This document shows positions 55,723-64,000 of a DNA stretch of 64,000 bases, piece after piece. The position numbers and the translations under genes were made by a program. Source of the stretch: an uncultured Elusimicrobia bacterium (lineage in GTDB: Bacteria > Elusimicrobiota > Elusimicrobia > UBA1565 > UBA9628); assembly GCA_964510095.1 (NCBI GenBank), contig CAZEAE010000003.1, forward strand, positions 12,462 through 76,461, in the 5' to 3' direction. The first letter of the stretch is position 1. Every line of letters starts with the position of its first letter. The notes beneath the pieces were generated by a model. That model did no database searches. It was not told the origin of the DNA and worked only from the letters and a program-made list of their open reading frames with translations.

Positions 55723-55947
55723 CGCGCAGAGATCCTGGCGCCGCTGTCAGGCCAGGGGTCGCCGACTTCCCAGTGGCTGCGGGCTGCACACGCATCCATG
55801 TGGCCAAGTTGTGGCCAAGACCTTCAGGAAACCGTGCGAAAAGACGCGAAAGGTCGCGTAATGGCGGGAAGGCGGATTAAACGCTTGCTCATCGACAAGC
55901 AGCATTTCTCGACGGGCCGGAACTACACGCAAGAAGCGTGATAAGAC

Positions 55948-55989
55948 GTTATGAGCCGAGTGCTCTGACCAACTGAGCTACGGGCGCGT
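55948..55989. repeat. 42-bp direct repeat copy 2 (truncated tRNA-Met 5' half, attR-like)
   Basis: identical 42-mer; lacks the tRNA 3' half, so not a functional gene. Confidence 0.85.
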
Positions 55990-56057
55990 GGTAGGATTTT
56001 ACAACACTTTCTCGGGTCGCCGGGTCCTTCAGCGGTGGTGTCCCTCCTGCTCGAAGA

Positions 56058-56525
56058 CTAGCGCCCCGCCTCGAGCTCCTGGACGTCGAGAAGGTCCTTC
56101 GGACGGGCGACGGCGCGTTTATTGCGGATCAGATCCTCTCGAGAGATGAAGTTGACCGTTTCCGCGCCGAAGGAACCGGTCTGGCGGCGGGACCAGGCCT
56201 GCTCGAAGTCGACGCCGGGAAGCTTGGACAGGATGTCCACCTTGACCGGCGCGTCACCCAGCGAGATCCCGTTATCGCGGGTAAAAACCTCGGGCCGCAG
56301 CTCGGGACAAGCCCCGCCCGCGTCCTCCAAGGCCGCCACGGCCCGTTTGGCATTGTCTTCGCTGGGTCGGATGTAAAGATCGAGGTCTTCGGTCATGCGC
56401 ACATGGCCGTAGTACACGACGGCCCAGCCGCCGATGACCATGAAGTCGACGCGGTGCCGGTTGAAGGCGGCTACGATCCTGTCGAAGGCATCCGGCTCGG
56501 AGGCCTCTTGAGGGCTTGGGCTCAT
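56058..56525 (-). CDS. minimal nucleotidyltransferase-fold protein
   Basis: FMVIGGWAVVYYGHVRMTEDLDLYI matches the GG...[DE]xD NTase signature; 155 aa. Confidence 0.5.
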   Translation of the reverse strand: MSPSPQEASEPDAFDRIVAAFNRHRVDFMVIGGWAVVYYGHVRMTEDLDLYIRPSEDNAKRAVAALEDAGGACPELRPEVFTRDNGISLGDAPVKVDILSKLPGVDFEQAWSRRQTGSFGAETVNFISREDLIRNKRAVARPKDLLDVQELEAGR

Positions 56526-56737
56526 CAGGTTCGATAGGGCCCGATGACGCGCGCGGCCTTGCTCAAGGGAGGGAGGTCCTGACGGTGGAATAGACGCCAG
56601 AATTTGCGGCGCAGCTTTTTCGCGCCCTCGATGCGTTCTTCAGGCGGTCGTGAGAGCCAATAGGCGCGATTCTCCGCGCTGGAATCAGGCCAGGTCCCCT
56701 TGGGGATGATCGTGACCGCTAGTTTCTGGCGTTCCAT
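56525..56737 (-). CDS. hypothetical small protein upstream of the NTase gene
   Basis: 70-aa ORF whose stop abuts the NTase start; basic, no motifs; overlaps the end of the YfhO-like gene by 19 nt, so the call is weak. Confidence 0.2.
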   Translation of the reverse strand: MERQKLAVTIIPKGTWPDSSAENRAYWLSRPPEERIEGAKKLRRKFWRLFHRQDLPPLSKAARVIGPYRT

Positions 56738-58842
56738 GGTCTTGGCTTAAGTATAACAGATTCATGGATTTTTGCGAGAGCCGCAACTAAGAGGAAGACC
56801 AGGCTGGCCGCCGTCACCGCCAGGCCGAGCCGCCAGCCGACCGGTTCAAAATGCAGGCTCAGGCGGTGCTCCCCCGGCGGCACCCAGGCGCCGAGCAGGG
56901 CGACGTCGGTCTTGTAAAGCGGCAGAGCGGCTCCGCCCAAGGTCGCGCGCCAACCCGGATGCCAGACCTCGCTGATCGCCAGGTAGCGCTTGAGCGGGGT
57001 GGAGACCAAAAGCTCCAAGCTCCCGGGCTTGGCCGCGAGGACTTCGACGCGCGAGGGCTTCCCGGCGCCGGGTGTGCTTTCTTGCGGCAAGGATTCAATG
57101 ACCGCTTCCTTGCGCGCGTCGGTTTTTTGCAGCAGTGCGACGGCTTGATCCTGGTCTGCGGCGAAGCGGACGCCGTCGACGAAGAAGGCCCGCCCCAAGG
57201 CGCCCCGGTTCTCTCGTATGTGGGTGTCGCCGCGACGCAGCCCGCGATAGAGCTCGAAGATCGGCTGGTCCTTGAGGTCGGCTCCGGAGGCGGCGGGGTC
57301 CTTCGGCAACTGCAGCGGGCGCTTCTCGGAGATTAGGAAGCGCACGCCGAGCGCGTCGAGCAGGTCGGGGCGCGCCAGGTCGGTCAGGTCGGTCCAGACC
57401 CGGGCGCCCTCCGGGCGCAGCTTGTTCCAGCGCAGGAGGTCGAAGTAGGCCTGGTAATGGTTATAGTTGTAGGAGCCGTAGCCCGTGATCAGCGGCAGGC
57501 CCAGGGATGCCGACCAGCCGTAGTTGATGACGCCGCGCTCGATGGGAGCGATGCGATAGACGCCTTTCTGTTCGGCGAAGAAATCCCGGTAGGAGGGCGC
57601 TGGAAGCAGTCGTTCGATGGGCGCCGTCTTCAAGTAGCGTCTTGCGTAGTAAGCGCCTTCGATCGAGATCAGCGACACGAGGGTGAGCGCCAAGGCCCTG
57701 CGCGCGGCCGCGCTCTTGAGCCGGGCCAGGATCTCGTCGAGGCCCAGGCCGGCCAGCGCGATGCCGAACCAAGAGCCGAGGAACAACAGCCGCCCCGGCA
57801 GCCGGAAGAGGCTAAACCCCGGCAAGGTCTCGAAGAGCAGCCTTTGCAGCGGGCTGCGCAAGGACAGGGCCGCGCAGACGAGCAGCGCCGCCGTCAGTGC
57901 CCGGACCATCGGACGCCGCCGGCCTAGGATCGCGGCCGCCAGCGCCAAGGCCAGGGGAATGATCCCGAAATAGGCGACGTCCTCCCAGAGCTCGAGCCCC
58001 GGATAGGTGCCGTCTAGCGGATTGCCGAGCAGTTCGGGCCGCAGGAAGGTCAGCAGGTGCCTTGGCGTCAGGGCGTGGCCGCCCAAGAAGAAGTCGTAGG
58101 AGGCCTGCCCGCGCGAGATGAGCGGCGCTTCGCCGGCCAGCGGGATGAGCAGGCAGGCCGAAAGCCCCGCGGCCAAGACCATGCCGGCCAGCAGGACGGT
58201 CAGGACCGCGCGCGACCGGAGGCGCGCCGCGACGAGGCAGGTCAGCGCCAGGACGGAATAAAAAAGCAGCTGCAGGTGACCCGAATGCAGGCAGAGCGCT
58301 CCGGCCAGCCCCAGCCAGAGCGCTTCTGAAATCCGAGGCCGCTCGACGGCGCGCAGCACCGCCGCGTAGAGCAGCGGCAGGACGATGACGCCCGGGAAGC
58401 TCGGCAGCCAGCCGGCGGCTCCGATGATGATGAGCTTGAACTGGAACATGGCGGCTGCGCCCATGAAGAGCCGGGCCCAGAGCCCGGCTTGAAGCGCGCA
58501 GCCCGCCGCGTAGCCGATGACGCCGGCTGCTAAGAAATACAGCCAGAGGGAAGGCCCCAGGGCTTTCAGCGGAGGCAGCAGCCAGAACAGCGCGTTCAAG
58601 GGAGACGTGTAAGCGTTCTGCGGGTCGATGAGCGCGGCGTTGCCGGAGAACTGATCGGAGCGCCAGAGGGGCAGGCCCTGTCCCGAGTGGAGCGAATCGT
58701 AGAGTACGGTCTTGGAGGCCAGGCCGAACGAGAGAAAGTCGGAGAAAGGCGTATACGGCGCTTGGCCCGGACGCAATAAGAAGCCGTAGCCGGCCAGCGA
58801 CAAGAGCAGCAGCGCGCTCAGCGCGGCGGCATGGGACTTCAT
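56719..58842 (-). CDS. YfhO-family polytopic membrane protein (putative lipid-linked glycosyltransferase)
   Basis: 707 aa, >12 TM N-terminal region plus large C-terminal soluble domain, architecture of YfhO-like proteins. Confidence 0.5.
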   Translation of the reverse strand: MKSHAAALSALLLLSLAGYGFLLRPGQAPYTPFSDFLSFGLASKTVLYDSLHSGQGLPLWRSDQFSGNAALIDPQNAYTSPLNALFWLLPPLKALGPSLWLYFLAAGVIGYAAGCALQAGLWARLFMGAAAMFQFKLIIIGAAGWLPSFPGVIVLPLLYAAVLRAVERPRISEALWLGLAGALCLHSGHLQLLFYSVLALTCLVAARLRSRAVLTVLLAGMVLAAGLSACLLIPLAGEAPLISRGQASYDFFLGGHALTPRHLLTFLRPELLGNPLDGTYPGLELWEDVAYFGIIPLALALAAAILGRRRPMVRALTAALLVCAALSLRSPLQRLLFETLPGFSLFRLPGRLLFLGSWFGIALAGLGLDEILARLKSAAARRALALTLVSLISIEGAYYARRYLKTAPIERLLPAPSYRDFFAEQKGVYRIAPIERGVINYGWSASLGLPLITGYGSYNYNHYQAYFDLLRWNKLRPEGARVWTDLTDLARPDLLDALGVRFLISEKRPLQLPKDPAASGADLKDQPIFELYRGLRRGDTHIRENRGALGRAFFVDGVRFAADQDQAVALLQKTDARKEAVIESLPQESTPGAGKPSRVEVLAAKPGSLELLVSTPLKRYLAISEVWHPGWRATLGGAALPLYKTDVALLGAWVPPGEHRLSLHFEPVGWRLGLAVTAASLVFLLVAALAKIHESVILKPRPWNARN

Positions 58843-58906
58843 TTCGGCAGTCTAGCACTTTGTCCATCCCATTGACGGCGCGGACCTTTGGAGCTACGCT
58901 AGCGGG

Positions 58907-59527
58907 GTGAAGGTCTTCAAGACCCTCGGTTTTTGCGCGCTGGCCGCGTCGCTGGCTTTCTCGGCGTATGAGCTCAAGCAGGTCTCGAAGCTGGCCGCCG
59001 AGTTCAAGAGCGGCAAGCTGGCGCCCGAGCAGCTTTTCCAGAAGCTGGCGGCTGAAGACAAGACCGGCGCCATGGCCAAGCTATTGGAAGGCCAGCAAGC
59101 GGCGCTGGCGCGCATGGACCAGGCATCTTTAGGGCCAGAGGGCGCGCCTCCCGTTTCATCGGCCTCGCCAGCGCCGCCGCCCGGACAGTCCTTCGAGGAT
59201 CCGCCCGGGCCTAGCCACCGGGACTTCGGCGGCTCGTCGAGGGGCGGTAGGACCCTGTCCTCCGGCAAGGGGCTCATGGTCGACAGCTCCGGGCGCCGCT
59301 TCGAGGCCTCGCCGGAAGGCCGCAAGGCGCCCGCCGTCGCGGTCCTGCCGCCGAAGCCCTTGGCGCTGCCGAGCATGTCTTTGGCGTTGCCGGAGCTGCC
59401 TAAGGCGTTGACCGGCGCGCCCGGCGACCTCGAGTCGCGCAAGCGGCGCGCCTATGCGCTGCTGTTGGGAACCGTCGCTTTGGCCGCGGCCGGCTTGATC
59501 GTCGCGCGGCGGGCGATGAAGGGCTAG
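58907..59527 (+). CDS. hypothetical secreted protein with C-terminal membrane anchor
   Basis: signal peptide MKVFKTLGFCALAASLAFSA, Pro/Ser-rich middle, C-terminal hydrophobic helix; the antisense ORF 58894..59442 is low-complexity. Confidence 0.4.
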   Translation: MKVFKTLGFCALAASLAFSAYELKQVSKLAAEFKSGKLAPEQLFQKLAAEDKTGAMAKLLEGQQAALARMDQASLGPEGAPPVSSASPAPPPGQSFEDPPGPSHRDFGGSSRGGRTLSSGKGLMVDSSGRRFEASPEGRKAPAVAVLPPKPLALPSMSLALPELPKALTGAPGDLESRKRRAYALLLGTVALAAAGLIVARRAMKG

Positions 59528-60219
59528 AACTGGTAGGTGAAGCGGGCGGCCGGCAGCAGGAAGCGCAATCCCGCGGCTCCCGACAGGACATAGTGGTAGC
59601 GCAGGTCCCCGCCCAGCTCGAAGTTGGGCCCCGCCAAGGCGATGAACCCGCCTCCTATGCTGAAGCCTAGGGCGTTGTCGCTGTTGCTGGCGATGGCGAA
59701 AGGCGTCGTCGCGGCGTTGGCGCCGGCGCTGGTGCGGCCGGAGAGGGTCGCGACGCCGGCCTTGTTGGTCACGTTATAGAAGCCGCCCCCGAGCAGGGCG
59801 TAAGGCCTGAAGTCGCCCTTGATGTCCTCGTCGAGGAAGCTGATCTTGAGCATCGGGGTGACCCAGATGACCTTCACGGCGGCCCCGGACTTGAAAGCGA
59901 GGGATTCCTTTTTGCCGTCTTGCGGCGTGTCGATGTCGCCCAGCTGCTCTTCGGATAAGACGCCCTTGAGGACATGTTTGAATGATTGTCCCAGCTCGAT
60001 GCCGGCAAGCCAATGGCTGTCCAAGCGCTTGAAGTAGAACAACGCCATCGACAGCGAGTCGGTGAGGCGGTCGGCTTCGTTGCCGACGATCATCGCCTGA
60101 CCCAGGTTCAGCCCGATCTCGCGGTCGCGCTCTTTGGAATCGGGGACCGCCTCTTGGGCCAGGCTGTGCCTGACAAGGAGGGTCATGAGCGCCAAGGCGG
60201 CGAAGAAGGGTCGCTTCAA
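59524..60219 (-). CDS. outer-membrane beta-barrel protein (OmpA/OmpW-like small porin family)
   Basis: signal peptide, alternating amphipathic beta-strand pattern, C-terminal ...RFTYQF aromatic terminus. Confidence 0.55.
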   Translation of the reverse strand: MKRPFFAALALMTLLVRHSLAQEAVPDSKERDREIGLNLGQAMIVGNEADRLTDSLSMALFYFKRLDSHWLAGIELGQSFKHVLKGVLSEEQLGDIDTPQDGKKESLAFKSGAAVKVIWVTPMLKISFLDEDIKGDFRPYALLGGGFYNVTNKAGVATLSGRTSAGANAATTPFAIASNSDNALGFSIGGGFIALAGPNFELGGDLRYHYVLSGAAGLRFLLPAARFTYQF

Positions 60220-60264
60220 GCCCTAGAGTATAGTCTGAGGGCTGTTACAGGACTGAGTACCGGC

Positions 60265-60978
60265 TCACCCCGCCAGCTGGCGCAAGGCCAGCATGGCGAG
60301 GATGCCGGCGCCGAAGGAGACGAAGGCGCCCCGGTCATGCGTCTTGTGCAGCCGCGGCAGGATCTCGGCGGTGCCGATGTAGATGAAGGAGCCGGCGGCG
60401 AACCCGAGCAGCAGCGCCGAATAGGCCGAGTCCAGGCCGGCGGCGTTCCAGCGGCTGACCAGGCTTCCCAGCGGCGTGGCGCCGGCCACCAAGCAGAGTC
60501 CGACGGCGGTCTGCCGCGCCGAGTAGCCCGACTGGCGGAACAGCGAGGTCAAGGTGAAGCCGTCGGCCAGCTTGTGCAGCGTCAGCGCGGTCCCCACCGC
60601 CAGGCCCGCCGCCGTCCCGGCCGAGACCGAGACGGCTAGGTTCAGGCCGTCCATGAAGGAGTGGACGAACAACCCGATCAGAGCGGCCCAGCCCAGGACA
60701 TGGGTCGTGCACTCCTCCATGTACTCGGGGCAGGCGTCGACCATCGCGAAGCTCTGGGCCGCGTAGAACAGGAAAAAGGCCGACATCGCCCCCCAACCCG
60801 CGTACGATGGGTGGTGGACCCAGGCTTCAGGCAGCAGGTCGGTGAAGGTCACGGCCAGGAGCAGGCCCGAGCGGAAGGCGAAGAGCCGCCAGAGCCCGGC
60901 GCGCGAGAGCCGCGAGACCGGGAAGAGCCCGCCCAGCAGCGTGGCCGCCAGGCCCAGGCAGACGAAGGCTGTGAGCAT
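60265..60978 (-). CDS. zupT: ZIP-family divalent metal transporter (ZupT-like)
   Basis: start at MLTAFVCLGL; HSFMDGLNLA and HKLADGF helix motifs; 237 aa, 8 TM. Confidence 0.7.
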   Translation of the reverse strand: MLTAFVCLGLAATLLGGLFPVSRLSRAGLWRLFAFRSGLLLAVTFTDLLPEAWVHHPSYAGWGAMSAFFLFYAAQSFAMVDACPEYMEECTTHVLGWAALIGLFVHSFMDGLNLAVSVSAGTAAGLAVGTALTLHKLADGFTLTSLFRQSGYSARQTAVGLCLVAGATPLGSLVSRWNAAGLDSAYSALLLGFAAGSFIYIGTAEILPRLHKTHDRGAFVSFGAGILAMLALRQLAG

Positions 60979-60996
60979 TGACCAGAATATATTATT

Positions 60997-61605
60997 ATGG
61001 GAGCCGTGCTCAACGAGAGCCTGCTGCCGGCGCTGCGCGGCCTCGATACGGCGCTCTTCCATAAGATCAATCAGGTCTGGACGCATCCCCTGTTGGACTG
61101 GGCGATGCCGCTGCTCACCGACCTCTTCCATTATAAGGCCGTGACTTATGGCGCGCTGCCGGCCGTCTTGGTCTGGTGGGTCTACAAGAAGCGTGCCCCG
61201 GCCGTGCGCACGCTCATCGGGCTGGCGTTAGCCGTCGGCTTGGCCGACATGGGCGGTCACCGCTTGATCAAGCCGTATTTCAAGCGCCTGCGGCCGGAGC
61301 GCGCCGGCGTCGAGCTCGTCTTGCGCACGCGCTCCCATGGCGGCTACAGCTTCCCCTCCAATCATGCGCTGAACTGTTTCGCCGGCGCGCGCTTCCTCGC
61401 CATGGTCCACCCCGGCCTGAGCCTCCCGTTGTACGGCGGGGCCGCCGTCGTGGCCTACAGCCGCGTCTACACGGGCGTGCACTTCCCCTTCGACGTGACG
61501 GCGGGCGGCCTGCTGGGCGTCTTGGCCGGCTGGCTGGTCGGCTGGCTCTTCATCGGCCTGGGCTTTTCGGGCCCAGGTCGGAAACGATCCAAAAAAAGAG
61601 CATGA
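60997..61605 (+). CDS. PAP2-family phosphatase (undecaprenyl-diphosphate/phosphatidate phosphatase type)
   Basis: KPYFKRLRP, FPSNH, SRVYTGVHFPFD tripartite PAP2 signature. Confidence 0.8.
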   Translation: MGAVLNESLLPALRGLDTALFHKINQVWTHPLLDWAMPLLTDLFHYKAVTYGALPAVLVWWVYKKRAPAVRTLIGLALAVGLADMGGHRLIKPYFKRLRPERAGVELVLRTRSHGGYSFPSNHALNCFAGARFLAMVHPGLSLPLYGGAAVVAYSRVYTGVHFPFDVTAGGLLGVLAGWLVGWLFIGLGFSGPGRKRSKKRA

Positions 61606-62275
61606 CGCCGAGCGACCGCGCGGCGTCGAGCAGCCCGATCTTCTTGCCCTGGCTGTAGGCCCGGCCGCGGTAACGGATAGGCACTTCCACGATACGGCAG
61701 CCTTGCCGCGCCAGTTTGGCCGTCAGTTCCGGCTCCAGGCAGAAGCCGTTGCAGCGCAGCGGCAGGTCCTTCAGGAAGCCCGCGCGCGCGGCTTTGTAGC
61801 AGGTCCACATGTCGGTCAGGCGCAAACCGGTGAAGACGTTGGACAGCGCGGTCAGCCGGCGGTTGGCGATGGTATGCCAGAAGAGCAGGACTCGCGGCTT
61901 ATCGGAGGGGGCGAAGCGCGAGCCGAAGACGGCGTCGGCCTTGCCGTCTAGAAAGGGCTGCAGCAGGGCGGGGTAGTCGGCGGGGTCGTATTCCAGGTCG
62001 CCGTCTTGGATGAGGACGACCTCGCCCGTGGCGGCGGAGAGCGCGGTGCGCACCGCGGCGCCCTTGCCTTGGTTGCGATGGTGGCGCAGCAGCCGGAAGC
62101 CCCCTTCGGGGGCCAGCGCGTCGAGCAGCTTTGCCGTCCCGTCGGTGGAGCCGTCATCTACGACGATGATCTCGATTTCGACCCCCGGCGGCAAGGGCGC
62201 GGCGCGGACGCGGCTGAGGCATTCGGCGATCAGGCCGCATTCGTTGTAGACCGGGACGAGGATGCTGAGCTTCAC
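61550..62275 (-). CDS. GT2-family polyprenyl-phosphate glycosyltransferase (DPM1/ArnC-like)
   Basis: [28 protein letters not shown] (DxD) motifs, 241 aa. Confidence 0.85.
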   Translation of the reverse strand: MKLSILVPVYNECGLIAECLSRVRAAPLPPGVEIEIIVVDDGSTDGTAKLLDALAPEGGFRLLRHHRNQGKGAAVRTALSAATGEVVLIQDGDLEYDPADYPALLQPFLDGKADAVFGSRFAPSDKPRVLLFWHTIANRRLTALSNVFTGLRLTDMWTCYKAARAGFLKDLPLRCNGFCLEPELTAKLARQGCRIVEVPIRYRGRAYSQGKKIGLLDAARSLGVMLFFWIVSDLGPKSPGR

Positions 62276-62302
62276 CCCAGCCAGGATAACAAAAGCGGGA
62301 GC

Positions 62303-63538
62303 CTAGCGCCTGGACGGCCGCGAGGCCCAGGGGGCCGTACGCAGCCAATCGGCGGGCGTCGCCGGCAGCAAGACATTGAGCTCGCGGGCGGGCAGCAGGG
62401 TGTTCCAAGCCAAGGCGGCTTCCCCGGCTTTTCGCTGGCCGCCGTCCAAGCCTTTGGCGATGAGCTGCCAGGCCGATCCTATGCTGCCCATCGACTGGCC
62501 TTGGAGGGGCTTGAACAGGACGCCGAAATCCAGGCCGAAGCCGTCGCCGCCGTCCTCATGGGTGTCGTAGAGGTCCCATAGGCCGGCCGCCACCCGCCAT
62601 TCGTTGCTTTGGCCGCGGCAGACGTCCTCGGGGACGTTCTCCAGGCGTATCGGCGCGCGGCGCGGCACCAGGTACTCGAACTTGGCGTCGGCGTCGCCGC
62701 GGGGCAGGCGCACGGCCGCGGCGAAGAAGGTGGCCCAGCCTTCGGACCAAGCCAAAGCGGGGGAGTAGCAGCCGTCGATCTTGTGCTGCCCCCCGGCGGA
62801 TTCGGCGCGCATCGAGCCGTGCATGACGGCATGGCCGAGCTCGTGCAGGACCACGTCCCAGGCCATGGCGTTGGTCAGCTCTAAGCTCCAGCTCCAGGGG
62901 CTGAAATAGTCGGAAGAGCCCGGCCAGTTGACGGTGAGAGGCTTCTGCCACCAGTCCACGTCGGCGTTGGTCTTCAGGAAGTCGAGGGCTTGAAGGTAGG
63001 TCAGATGCAGTACGCCCAATTTCCCATTCTCGGAGCCCGGCTCCGGAGACAGCGTGCCCAGGTCCAGGCCGGCCGGCGCGGGGAGCGTGAACGCCGGGCT
63101 TTCCCACTCATAGGCGGAATCGCTCGGGTTTCGAAAGACCCAAAAGCGGTTGTCGAGGCTGAAGCGCAGCCGGTAGCTCCCCGAAAGGCCGGCGGGCGCC
63201 GCGATGCTCAAAGCGCCCGCGGCGTCGGCTTCGGTCCAGGCGGCGGGGGCTCCGGAGCCCGACAGGCGGACCTTGGCCAGGCGGGCGGGATGGCGTGAAC
63301 CGTCTCGGTCCAAAAGCGCCAGCACGGCGTTGATGCGCCCGGCTTGGGGCGCGGCGGCGGCCTTGGCCGCTGGCGTCACGACGAACACCCGGGAGAGCGC
63401 TTCCTGGCGGCCCTCGAGGTCCAGGCGCCGTATCGAGGCCGGGGAGAACCCCCGGCCCGAGAGGTCGGAGTCATCCAGGCGCGCTTGGGCGCCGGCCGGA
63501 ACCGAGGTCAACAGGAGCAGAAGAGCCAGGCGCTTCAT
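62303..63538 (-). CDS. secreted putative zinc metallopeptidase (HExxH)
   Basis: signal peptide; VVLHELGHAVMHG zincin motif; otherwise novel. Confidence 0.45.
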   Translation of the reverse strand: MKRLALLLLLTSVPAGAQARLDDSDLSGRGFSPASIRRLDLEGRQEALSRVFVVTPAAKAAAAPQAGRINAVLALLDRDGSRHPARLAKVRLSGSGAPAAWTEADAAGALSIAAPAGLSGSYRLRFSLDNRFWVFRNPSDSAYEWESPAFTLPAPAGLDLGTLSPEPGSENGKLGVLHLTYLQALDFLKTNADVDWWQKPLTVNWPGSSDYFSPWSWSLELTNAMAWDVVLHELGHAVMHGSMRAESAGGQHKIDGCYSPALAWSEGWATFFAAAVRLPRGDADAKFEYLVPRRAPIRLENVPEDVCRGQSNEWRVAAGLWDLYDTHEDGGDGFGLDFGVLFKPLQGQSMGSIGSAWQLIAKGLDGGQRKAGEAALAWNTLLPARELNVLLPATPADWLRTAPWASRPSRR

Positions 63539-64000
63539 GAGCGCGGCCTCTTGGACGTCAGCCCCAGGCTCTTAAGGAAGGCCTCTTCGTTGGGTTCGCG
63601 GCCGAGGAAGGTCTTGAGCGACTCCATCTCGTCTCGGCTGCTGCCCGGCTCCAGGATGTTCTCGCGGTAGCGGCGGCCGGCGACGGGGTTGAGGATGCCT
63701 TCTTCCGCGAACCGGCTGAACATGTCCTCGGCGTAGACCTTCGACCACATGTAGCCGTAGTAGCCGGCGTCATAGCCCATCAGGTGGCCGAAGCTGGCCT
63801 CCGGGTGGGTGCCGGGAGTCATCGGGATCATGCTGATGCGCCCCGCCAGTTTCTGGTACTGGGCGGTGGTGTCGGCCACCGGCAGGGGGCCGTGGTAGCT
63901 CATGTCGATGGAGGCGAAGAAGAGCTGGCGCAGGTTGACCAAGCCGGAGTTGACGTTCTTGGCGGCGATCATCTTGCCGAGCAGCTCGGGCGGCAGCTTC
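63535..64000 (-). CDS. M3-family oligopeptidase (PrlC/Dcp-like), C-terminal part only; gene continues beyond window end
   Basis: C-terminal M3 blocks FGHLMGYDAGYYGYMWSKVYAEDMF...FLGREPNEEAFLKSLGL; stop at 63535. Confidence 0.7.
   Translation of the reverse strand, partial: KLPPELLGKMIAAKNVNSGLVNLRQLFFASIDMSYHGPLPVADTTAQYQKLAGRISMIPMTPGTHPEASFGHLMGYDAGYYGYMWSKVYAEDMFSRFAEEGILNPVAGRRYRENILEPGSSRDEMESLKTFLGREPNEEAFLKSLGLTSKRPRS

Larger units (their letters stand above)
52931..55947. mobile_element. ~3 kb integrated element remnant at tRNA-Met: integrase pseudogene plus caspase-like cargo, bounded by tRNA-derived direct repeats
   Basis: DR pair, integrase fragments next to the intact tRNA, visibly lower G+C through 53700..55600, repeated 21-bp motif near both ends. 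Confidence 0.5.

Overview
This is a high-GC (roughly two-thirds G+C by eye) bacterial chromosomal window that spans the replication origin. An outer-membrane beta-barrel protein, LepA/LepB, HprK, DciA-like and mannose-family PTS genes point to a diderm bacterium of uncertain lineage.

Gene layout:
- 835-12873 carries 14 co-directional minus-strand genes. In order these are a Zn-ribbon methyltransferase, a GT-C membrane glycosyltransferase, lepB, lepA, ptsI, ptsH, mannose-family EIID/IIC/IIB/IIA, rapZ, hprK and hpf. Many are coupled by 4-nt ATGA/GTGA stop-start overlaps.
- 12874-13146 is an AT-rich oriC segment with DnaA boxes. It is followed on the plus strand by dnaA, a second DnaA-box cluster, dnaN, a DUF721/DciA-like gene (no recF), gyrB, gyrA, serS and mazG.
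- Further right are asd, parB-parA, a GlnA-family synthetase, and then the most unusual locus (29637-36410).
- The remainder encodes a small-protein/wHTH TA-like pair, a 1012-aa S41 peptidase, polyamine-related enzymes (acetylpolyamine amidohydrolase/HDAC-like, deoxyhypusine/homospermidine synthase-like, SDR, ALDH), tatD, a ZIP transporter, PAP2, GT2 and a YfhO-like protein.

Locus 29637-36410 is a tightly overlap-coupled minus-strand operon. It encodes an arginase-family enzyme, a small membrane protein, a degenerate class-III cyclase-homology (CHD) protein, an orphan MshE/PilB-type secretion ATPase with a c-di-GMP-binding-type N-domain, a GAF-HD-GYP phosphodiesterase, a bPH-domain Hanks Ser/Thr kinase, and a second more degenerate CHD protein. 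No pilus or secretion partner genes are present.

A tRNA-Met(CAU) gene at 52855-52928 is followed by a lower-GC segment of about 3 kb. That segment is bounded by a 42-bp direct repeat of the tRNA 5' half, contains a frameshifted tyrosine-integrase remnant, and carries a secreted caspase-like (peptidase C14) protein.

No rRNA or CRISPR arrays were seen. Many long antisense ORFs in the track are GC-driven artefacts.
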